From a virus: 64,000 nucleotides of DNA. The notes under the pieces were generated by a model. That model made no database searches. It saw nothing but the letters and a program-made list of their open reading frames with translations, and was not told where the DNA came from. Below are positions 21,899 through 33,900 of the stretch, piece after piece. The stretch's first letter is position 1, and each line of letters starts with the position of its first letter. Where the stretch lies: positions 64,001-128,000 of IMG/VR virus record IMGVR_UViG_3300025450_000015; one strand, written 5' to 3'. The position numbers and the translations under genes are program-made.

Positions 21899-21924
21899 TT
21901 AATAGACCAGAGGAATGAAATAAG

Positions 21925-24900
21925 ATGGCACAGTTTAAATTAGGTAGAATTAAGTTTGTTTACCAAGGTACATGGACTACAGGAACCGGATATGTTGTAG
22001 ATGACGTCGTTACAGTCGGCGGCAGAACTTATATTTGTACAACAAGTAACACAGCAAGTGCTACTTTTGCAACAGATTTTAGTTCAGGGTACTGGAGTGT
22101 AGTTGCAGACGGAAGTCGATGGACTGGTAACTGGACAAATAATCAATACTATCTTGTAAACGATCAAGTATTATATGGCGGAGTTGTTTATCTATGTACG
22201 ACTGCTCATACTAGTGCTTCTTCTACAGCTACCATAACACCAACAGCCGCAACTGCTAATGGTACTACAGCAACACTTACATTTACAGCATTAAGTTCAA
22301 ATATTCAACCATTTTTAGTTGGTGCAAGTATAACTGTTTCAGGATTTTCAGCACAAACTGGATTTAACGGAACATTTACAGTAACAGCATGTACAGCTAC
22401 TACAGTTAGTTATGCTCTTGCTCAGTCATTGACTGGTACCGTAATGGGTACTGTTAGCGGTACAGGCACCCTAGGACTTGAAGTTAATCAAAGTAACTGG
22501 ACATCATTTGCCAGCAGTTTTAACTGGACAGGTGCATGGACAATTAATACACGTTACAAATATAATGACTTAGTAAGCTACGGTGGTTTAAATTATATTT
22601 GTAATACAGCTCATGTTAGTGCAAATACAACTACACTTGGATTAGAAGCTAATCAAAGTTCATGGACTGTATTCAATACAGGAGTAGCATATCAAGGACT
22701 TTGGAACGGTAACAGTACACATTATCGTATTAATGATATTGTAAAATACGGTGCAAGTCTTTGGATTTGTACAACAGCACACACTAGTTCTGGCACATTT
22801 GCCTCAGCAAACTTTAGTGTTTTTGTTAATGGTTTAGAATATGTGTCAGGCGGAAATAATGCTTGGGTCGGTTCTATCACATTAACTGCGGCTAGTGCAT
22901 CAGGCGGTACTGCAACATTATCTTTTGCTACACAATCTGCTATACCATTTGCAGTTGGTCAAAGTATAACAGTCAGTGGAGTTACACCAAGTTCATTTAA
23001 TGGTACATTTATCGTAACTGGAACTCCAACAACAACTCAAGTATCGTATGCATTGGCTGGATCATTGACAGGATCGGTCTTTGGTACTGTTGCCGCTAAC
23101 TATGTTACAGGCGACATCGTTTCTTACGGCGGAAATTTATATACTGCAATAGCAAGTAACACAGCTACCACACCTAGTACAGGCACAGCCAGCTGGCAAG
23201 TTTTCAGTACAGGTTTTAGTTTCCAAGGTGATTGGTCAGGTCTTACAAGTTATAAAATTGGACAAGTAGTTCGTTTAGGTGGCTATACATATATGGCCAT
23301 GGCAGATAATGCACAGCAAACTATTATTGCTAATCAAACATCTAGCGGTAGTAATTCTGTAAGTGTTTCAGCAACAGGTAGCTTGGTTGCAAACTTGCCA
23401 ATTGTATTTTCTGGTACAAGTTTTGGTAACATTGTATCTGGTACAACATACTATGTCGGTACTATCATTGATAGTACACATATCACATTGCTTACAAGTT
23501 CAGGCGGTTCAACACTTGCAGTAACTAATGCCACAGGATCATTAACTGGTACAACACAAAGTCAACCTCCGTTCAGTACATATTGGACTCGACTAAATGC
23601 AGGTATACGCTGGAACGCTGGAACAACTCAGTCTTATAATGGATTAAGCGGAACAAATATAACAGCCGCAGGTTCAGGCGCACAATTTAACGTAACAACA
23701 AGTGGAACAACATATTCGGTAACTGTTAAATCTGGATCACAAGGTACTGGTTATAGTGCAAGTACAACATTAAAGATTTTAGGAACACAAGTTGGCGGTA
23801 TCAGTCCAGCTAATGATATTACTATTACTATAACAGGTGTAACTGCTGGTGCAATTAACTTATCAAGCGGTATTACATGGACTGGTTATAGTGTTACTTG
23901 GATTACTGCATCAAACTATGTTTTAGGTGATGTAGTTTATTTTGGTGCAAACAGTTATATTTGTGTGTCTGCACATACTTCTGCATCTGGTAATCGTCCA
24001 GATGCAGACACAACTGGCACATACTGGAATTTATTAGCTAGCGGTGCTGAAAGTGCTGTGTTAACAACACAAGGTGATTTAGCCTATTACGGAACAAACG
24101 GTCCTACTCGTTTACCAGTTGGTACCGACGGACAAATTTTACGTGTTGGCGGAACAATTCCATCTTGGGCATATTACGGACAAATTAATAATATTGTTTA
24201 TGTTAGTTCAACTACTGGTGTGGATTCCTTAGGAGCCAGTCAAGGTACAACTATTGATAAACCATGGGCAACTATTAGATATGCGTGTTATCAAATTGAA
24301 AATGGTTATTTAAATACTAATACCACAGGATTATTATCTATTAATAAACAATTCATGTTGAAAGAAATCAACAACTATGTTTATTATTCATACAGTTTTA
24401 ACGTAACAGGTACGTCAGTTCAAACAATTACAGTAGGCGGTACTAGTTCAATAGCACAGACTGTGACCACCAATATGTATTCTGGAATGCCTATTGTGTT
24501 TACACAAACATCAGGTAATATTGTTGCAGGTACAACATATTTTGTTGCTCAAGTGATAAATTCAACTTCATTTAATATTGCAACAACCTATGCTAACGCA
24601 ACTGCGGCAAGTCCTACATTGTTTACAGTAGGCACAGGTTCTGCAAACATCGGTACTTACAGTTACAATCAAGCTAAAACAGAACGCGATACCGGAACAG
24701 TTATTGATGGTTTGTTATTTGATATCGGCCGTGGCGGCAACTACAAAACAACAACTAATGCATTGGCATATTTTGCAAATTCCACAACCTTTGCAACTAA
24801 TGTGAATGCATATGATATTCCTCCATTTGTATCAGCATTGAATTATTTGAATACATTAGCAACAAACTATGTATTAACAAACACATCGGCCGCAGTAAGC

Positions 24901-27900
24901 TATCAAAGTACAGTATGGCCAGGTGTAACTATTACTGGTGCTAGCGGTACTGGCGCAGTTGCAACAATTACATTTGCAACACAACCTTATGTTTATCCTG
25001 TTGGACAATTTATTACAGTTGCAGGGGTCAACCCAAGCGGATATAACGGCACATACATTGTTGTTGCAAGTACATTAACAAGTGTAAGTTATGCAAGCAC
25101 AACAACTACTTCTTATGTAAGTGGCGGTACAGTTAACGTTGCACGAGCAACACAACAAATCAATACAGGATATACAGCAGAACTTACTGGTGTTGCAAGA
25201 GTAGCTAATTTAATTTCAATTATCACTAGCCCACTGACTCTTGGTTATACAACAAACGTACAGCCAGCGGCTACACCAAACACAACTATTTTTGTTAAGA
25301 CAGGAACATATAATGAAGTACTACCAATTGTAGTTCCATCATACACTTCTATTATCGGTGACGAATTACGTGGTACCGTAGTTCAACCAGCAGGTCCAAA
25401 TTTGAATATGATTAATGATAAAACAAGATCAATCAATTCGTTAACACGTATTCAAAGTTTAATTCCAAATTTATTACAAAATACTGCAATTACACCAACA
25501 TCGGGTAATACTCAGTATTTGACTGTAACAGGTGCAAGCGGTACTGGTTCTGTTGCAACATTAACTTTTGCATCACAGACATCTGCACCATTTAACGTAA
25601 ATCAATATATTACTGTAACTAGTGTAAACCCTTCTGGTTATAACGGAAGTTACATTGTAACTGCTGTAACAACTAATAGTGTGAGTTATACTTCCACTAC
25701 TTCTGCATCTTATGTAAGTGGCGGAGTTGTAAGTGGCCAAGCTACTGGATTACCAGCAGGCGATGTAGGAAGCACAACCGTAGTTAATCAAATTAACACA
25801 AGTGTTAGTTTAATTAATGATATGATTTATAACGGTCTTCCAAAGACTCCTGCAATCACTATCCCACAATTAACTGGATACAATACAAGTTATCTAGTAG
25901 GATTTGGATACGGTATAACACAGATTCAAAATAACTATTTGTTTATCAAAGCAGAAATTGCCGCATATCTAAATACATATTATAGTAGCGTGTGGACAAC
26001 ATTTGGCGGTACAAACCAAACAGAAACATTACGTGATATCGGTTTCGTATTAGATGGCCTACAGTACGATATGACTTATGGTTGTAATAATCAAAGTATT
26101 ATTAATGGTAGCTCTTATTACAGTTTACAAATTCCACAAATCTTAGCATCATACAATGCCGCAACTGTTGGAGCACTACAACGTTTACAAGCAATTATCA
26201 GTCAGATAGTTACAGGTACAAGTGTAACAGCAACAAGCGGTAACTCTGTAACGCAGTCAACTGGCGGTTCAGCAGGTTCAGCCGCAGCCGCAAGTTTTGC
26301 CGCAGGCCGCGTTGGTGATGTAATTTACTGGTTACAAAATGCTACAAGTAATGCAACTACATTAACACTAGTCGGTAGTGTGAGTGGTACAACTTTAACT
26401 GTTACTTCAGGAACAGGTAATGGAATTTATATTGGTTCTATGTTAACTGGTACAGGTGTTGTGGCAGGTACATATATTGTTAATCAATTAACAAGTTCTG
26501 CAAGTGCAACAGCGGCTACAACATTAGCCAGCGGAGGATCAGCTGGTACTAATACATTTGTGGTTTCAAGTGCAACAGGTATTGCGGCAGGACAATTAAT
26601 TACAGGTACTAACCTTCCAGCTGGATCTTATGTTAGCTCATCATATATTAGCGGAACAAGTATTACCGTAGTTAATGCGTTTGGTGCTCCACAAAACTTT
26701 ACGTCAACTGGCGGTACAGGTGCATACTTATTCTATCCAGCTAACGGTGCAGGTACTTATACGTTGAGTACTAGTGGCAATACTGGTACAACATTTACAG
26801 CATTGTCAACATTCACACCAGTAACAAGCGGTGCGTATGCCTTAGTAACCAATCAATACTTACAAACAGCATATAATAATTTAATTGCAAGACAAACCGA
26901 AATTGCAAGCGATGCTCAAGTTTGGGTTCAAAAATATTATCAAGCATATCCAATCAGTCAATCATTAACTCAACGCGATGCTGGTTATATTGCATTGGCA
27001 TTAGCTTGGGATGTTTTATTTGGTACTAACTTTAATAGTATTGCATGCGGTCGTGCATTTAATCGTTTAAACGCAAGTGCGTTGGCATTAGTGGCAAATA
27101 CAAACCAAGAATTGAATGCAACAACCGGTGCAATAACATTTATTGGATTTAAAGCAAAACAAATTGCAAGTGCAGGTTCGACAGTTCAAGCACAAACATT
27201 GATTGATGATATCGTAACTAAGATCAATGGACAAGTAGCGTTTAATACTGTTGGTTCAGCAATTCTTGCAGGTACACAGACTATTGCCTATGGTACAGCA
27301 GACGTAATTACTGTAACAACATCGGGCGGTACAGCTACATTCTCAGTATCGTTGACTCCAGCAACTACTGGACAAACTATCACATACATTACTGCTGGTG
27401 GTTTAGCAACATTTAGTAGTGCTCAAACATTAGTTAAAGGTACATCTGTTACTCTTGCGGCAGCCGCAGGCGGTATGTCAGCAGGCACATATTATGTAAC
27501 AACTGGTGTAAACAACAGTTTTACTGTAAGTTTATCTAGCAGTTATGCAAATGCAGTGGCGGGAACACCTGGTTCATTTACAGGTGGTACAGTTACTGGA
27601 GCAGTTGGCGTAGTAACTATTGGTACATACTATAATACTATCGCATCTGTAACAGTAACATCTGGTGGTAACTGGAACAACACAAGTTTATACAGTGCCG
27701 CACAAGCAACAACAACTACAAGTTCAGGACAAGGTTTAACATTGTCATTAGGATTTGTATCAAGTAGTTATTCAACTACAGTAGCTGGTGTACAAACATC
27801 TAGCAATATTGTAACACTTGGAAGTACAGCAGGTATGCCAACTAACATGCCAATTACATTCTCAGGTTTACCAGCTTTAGGTTCTGTAACAGCAACAGCT

Positions 27901-30900
27901 ACTACAACAACCAGCAATTTAATTACAGTTGCAACTACAACAGGCTTATCAGTTGGACAGCAAGTGTACTTCACAGGTACAGTATTTGGTAATATTGTTC
28001 CAAGCCAGTTATACTATATTGCAAGTATCCCAACACCTGGAACTAACGGTACAATTACTGTTAGTTTAACATTTGGTGGCGGTAATGTGGCATTGATATC
28101 AGCAACTGGTACAATGACAATGGCATTCAATAACGCAGGCGGACTATGGAATAATACTACATACTGGATTAATTCATTGCAATCTGCCGCAACATTAAGC
28201 ACATTGGCAATTACTAGTACAACAGGTGTATTCAGTTGTGCAACAAGTTCAGTAACATTAACAGTAGGACAGCCAGTTGTTATTACTGGTACGTTCTCAG
28301 CTGGTAGTATCACTGGTTATACTAGTGGTGCAACATATTATATTATTGGTAATCCAACATCAACAGCTTTCCAATTGTCAGCAACATTAGGCGGAAGTGC
28401 TGTAACATCAACAACATCAGGTGGAACAATTACTGGTATTACTGTAACAGTTCCTGCCGCAACATTAACATTGACCAACAGCTTTAAGAGTGGTACAGCA
28501 TACACAATTACTAATACAGTAACTGGTATGTCAGCTACAACCACTGCTGGAGCAACAGTGACATGGCCATATTTAAATAATCCAATGATTAATGGTTCAT
28601 TAACTTACAATGATAACGTTCTAACAATTCAAGGCACAGAAATTCTTCGTGCTAACATTCCATTCCTGGCCGCAGAAGCATCTGCTTATACAGTAGCAAG
28701 TTACGGCGGTACAGTATCCAGTATAACATCTGGTAGTGTTGTTAATACAAGTGGCGCACATAATTTATTAGTAAATGACCCAGTAGTGTTTACTGGTACT
28801 GTTGGTTCAAGCAATATTGTTGCTGGTACTACTTATTATGTTTTAACTGTGCCAAGCTCAACAACATTTACTATCAGTGCAACTCAATATGGCACAGGTA
28901 CACAAACAACATTTACATTAGCAACAGGTTCGTTAGGAAGTTTAACTGTAGGCTACTACTATAACTATGCTAAGTGTGTACGCGATACAACAAACTTTAT
29001 CAATGCGTTGATTTATGATATTAATTATACAGGTAACTGGAAATCAATGCGTGCCGCAGAACTTTATGTTAACGCGGTGGCAGGATCTACAACACAAAAC
29101 TTCTATCTAGTAAGAAATGCATGTGGTATTCGTAATCAAACTATGAACGGATTGACTGGTGTTTTAAGTACAGCAAATGCTTATGGAACACGTCGACCAA
29201 CAGCAGGTGCGTATGCAAGTTTAGATCCAGGCTTTGGACCAAACGATCAAAATGCATGGGTCTATGCACGTTCAACATTCGTACAAAATTGTACAATGTT
29301 CGGTTACGCTTGCGTTGGCGCCAAAGTTGACGGTGCATTGCATGCCGGTGGATACAAATCAATGGTTGCAAACGACTATACTTGTGTTATCGGCGATGGT
29401 ATCGGTTGGTGGACAACTGGAACAGGTTCATTATCAGAACTTGTTTCAGTGTTTAACTACTACAGCTACGCTGGATACATGAGTGAATTAGGAGGACGCA
29501 TTCGTGCTACTAACGGTAACAGTTCATATGGTACATACGGTGTAGTTGCCGAAGGTGTTGACACATTTGAAACTCCAATTTACGGTACTGTAAATAACAG
29601 AAGTTACGGACCTCAAGTTACTAACGTGGTTACAGATAGTACAACACAAATTTTACGTTTAGAATACGAAAATGCAGGTACAAACTACACCAATGCTATA
29701 CCAACAATTAGTGGATCAGGTTATAACATTCTTTCTTTTGCAGATGAGTTCCGTGATGCTGGTGTATTTGAATCACGTTTAATTGACTTAAACAATGGTT
29801 TAGGTGTTGGCGGTTCAAGTTATGTAAGTTCTGTTAACGTAGGCCAAGGCGGTGCAGTAGGTTATATTACTATTGCGGCAGCCGACGTAGCATTGACTGG
29901 TTCATATAACGGAATGAAAGTACAAATTACTGCTGGTACAGGTGTTGGACAATATGCGTCAATACTAACTTATACTAACGGTAGTAAAATTGCACAAATT
30001 ATTCGTACAACATTTGCAACCTTAACTGTTACCAGTTCAAGTACTACTGCATTAACTGTGGCAAGTACTGCAACATTATATGTTGGTATGCCAATTTACT
30101 TGAGTACAACCGCTACTAATATGAATTTGACTGCATATCAAGTTTATTATGTACAGGCTATTTCAAGTACAACTCAGTTTACACTAGCATTAACATCAGG
30201 CGGTTCTGCAATTACTGGTTTAACAGCAACTAGTGGACAAACAGTCAGCTTATATGCCGCTGGTTGGGATCATGTTGTACCAGGTACTCCTATAGTTAAC
30301 ACATTAGATTTAACTACAGCATATATTATTGAACCTTATGTTTCATTCACAGGTCCAGGTTATGCCGCAACAGCAAGAACATTACCAGCTACAGCAATCT
30401 GGTCAAGTATTACATACGGTGCTGGAAATTATGTAGCAATTGCCAATGGTAGTACATCGACTGCAATTAGCACTAACGGTAAAACATGGACTCCAGGTGG
30501 TGCATTAACAGCTTCTGCATTTACAAACGTTGTTTACGGTGGAGGTCAAAGTGCTGCCGCAACAGTAACACTAGGTGGATTTGGCGGATCTGGTGCTCAG
30601 TTGACAGCAGTGATTGGTACTGGAACAAGTTTAGGACAAGTAGTTGGAGTCAACGTAATTAACGGCGGTTACAACTATAATACTGCTCCATCATTATTGT
30701 TTACAGGTGGTGGCGGTACCGGTGCCCAAGGAACAGCAGTTGTTCTTAACGGAGTAATTCAATCAGTTATTATTACAGTTAATGGTTCTGGATATACTTC
30801 AGCACCGACTGTAACAGTTGTAACTAGTGCTATTACTGCGATTACTCCTATCACTTGGGGTAAAAATTATTTCAATAGCGGAAACGTTAGCGTAACAATC

Positions 30901-33900
30901 AGTGCTCCATTTAGTGGAACTGTTTGGAGTGGAAGTTCGAGTGCAACAAGTGGCTCATACTATTACTATTATAGTGGTGCAACTCAAGCTACAAACTATT
31001 ACCTAGCAACATCGAGCGGAACATTTTCATCAACTGCTCCAACGTTTACAACAGGTACAGGATCTGCAGGAACATATGGTGTGTCATTGACATTCGTAGG
31101 TACTGCCGCAACTGCAACTCCAACATTGACAGATTACGGTGTCAGCAGTTACACAATTACTAACATTGGTTACGGTTATACTGCAACTCCTACTATTACA
31201 ATATTAGATACTAGTGCTAAATTTGTTGCAATTTCTACAACAACTACAGCAACAGCTTATAGTACAGTAGCTAATTTAGGATCATCTTGGACTTCTGGTA
31301 ACGCACTTCCATCCGCTGGATTTAACAGTTTAACTTATGGTAACGGAATTTATGTTGCAGTTGGTTACACTGGAACAACATCTAATGCCAGTGCTATTAT
31401 TACATCTAGTCCAGACGGTGTTACATGGACTGGCAGAACAGCTCCAAGCGGTGCAACACAAGCGTTTACATCTGTGGCATTTGGCTGGACTGGACCAGGA
31501 TCTAGTGCAACAACTACAGGTATGTTTGTAGCTATCGCAACTAACAGTACATCAACAGCTTACAGTACTAACGGTTTAACATGGACTACTGGTGGTGCAT
31601 TACCGTCAGTTGCTAACTGGTCTAGCGTAACTTATGGTAACGGACGTTTTGTTGCAGTAGCCGCAGGTAGCAATATTGTTGCATACAGCAACAACGGTGG
31701 TGTAACTTGGTACTCAAGTGTAGCAAATAACGGTACATACTTACCATTAGCACAAAACTGGGGAATCTCATACGGAGAAGGACAGTTCTTTGCAACAGCA
31801 ACAGGACCAACTCCTACAATGACAGCTACTACTTCAAGTGGTAACTTGATTACATTAAGCAGTACAGCCGGTTTGAACGTAGGAAATACTATTGTTCCAA
31901 CAGCAGTGACTGAAACTACAGTGGCTAGTCAGACAATTAATGCAACAGCAATTGGATTGTCAACATCGTTTATTTCTAACGGTATTGCAGGCAACGCAGG
32001 TACAACATTAACTGCACCAGTTGGTTTAGGTCCGTTTGCACTAGGTATGTATTTGACTGGTTCAAATGTGACATCAGGAACTTACATTACTGGTAGCAAT
32101 ACATTTAATTCAACATCGTCAACGATTGCAGGATCTATATTGACCATTGGCGGTACAGTTACTGGTACTGGTACAACCAGTGCTTATAGTGTACAACCTG
32201 GAATGGCATTAACTGGCGCACAATTTAACACTACAAGTTCATACATTTGGAACACGTACTATCCAAGTGGTGTACAAACTGGTGTATTTGTACCAGCAGG
32301 TACAACTACTGGTGTAATTACAACAGGTAGTCAGTTGAGCGGTACAAATATAACTACTGGTGCTACTTATATTGTTTCAAATCCAACTACTTCAGGTAGC
32401 ACAATTACTGGAACAGCATCTCCAAGCACAGTAGTTACATTCAACGGTAGTGTTTCTATAGTTAACGGACAAGGTATTTTAACTGTGTCTTCAACACCAA
32501 GCGGTGTTGGTATTCAACCAGGTTATATTCTAAGTGGTACAGGTGTTACAGCTGGCACAACTATTGTTGCACCATACGGTTCATCAACAACTCCAACTAG
32601 CTCAACCGGTCAGTGGATTGTCAGCGTAGCAACAGTAGTTAGTTCAACTGCATTGACAGGCACACCATATGTACTTACAACAACTGGTACTATCAACAAT
32701 AATACATTAATACCAGGTATGGTATTGGCTAGTACAGGCGGTACTGGTACAATTACCGCTGGTACATATATTACTGGACAAATCAGTACTACAAGTAGTG
32801 CGGTAGGTACAGGTACAGGAGTAAGCGGAACAATTGGTACTACTACACTAGTAATATCTGGTTCATCGACTGGATTCGCTGTAGGACAATTAATTACTGG
32901 CGGTAGTTTGTTCTATAACACTTATGTAGTTGCTGTTTCAGTTGCAACCAACACAACAATTACATTAAGTCAGCCATTATATGCAACAATCGGTGGCGGA
33001 ACATACAACGGTTATATTCCTGGTACTGCTGGACAATACTTTATTAGCACTACTAGTTTAGTAACCAGTGTTACTGTAACCGGTAATGCATGGGTAGCTA
33101 ACACTGGCTCATTAGTTCCATCTACAACAATAACAGGCGGATTGACTGCTTATATTGCATATCAAAATACAAGCTCTGCAAGTGCAGTAGCAAGTCCAAG
33201 TTGGGCATCTGGTGGTACTATTGGTGCAAGTTCTTTTGTTGTTAATACTGGAACAGGTATCGTAGCAGGCCAATTAATTATTGGTACAGGCATCCCATCA
33301 GGAACAGTAGTAGCAAGTTCATATGTTCCTGGTAGTACAACAGTTCCATTAGCCGTGGGAGTCGCAGGAGGCGCGGCGGCAACTATTGCTGGGTCAAATG
33401 CTACTGGTACTTATAACTTCTATACAGCAGGCGGAACTGGTACATACACATTGAATACTAGTGCATTAACTATTTCAAGTGCTCAGACAATTGGCGGACA
33501 AAGCTGGACAATTACTCCAAGTCAAACAGCGGCAGCTGGTGCAATCACTGGTACACAAAATACAATTACAGTTGGAAACACAGCCGGTATGTCAGTGGGC
33601 GAACCAATAGTGTTTACGAGTAATATTGTTAGCACAACATTGACTACAACAGCCGCTACTGGTAACTTGTTAACAGTTGGTACAACTGTTGGTATGGCGG
33701 TAGGTGCTCCAGTCGTGTTTACAGCAGTGACCCAAACTGGTAATATTACTTCTACATCTAGTACTGGTAACACAATTACATTGAACTCAACTACTGGTTT
33801 AGTACAAGGTGAAACTATTGTGTTCACAGCAGTTAGTCAAACAACTACATTAACTGCTACAACTAACGGATCATTTACATTATCAAGTTCTAGTATTACT

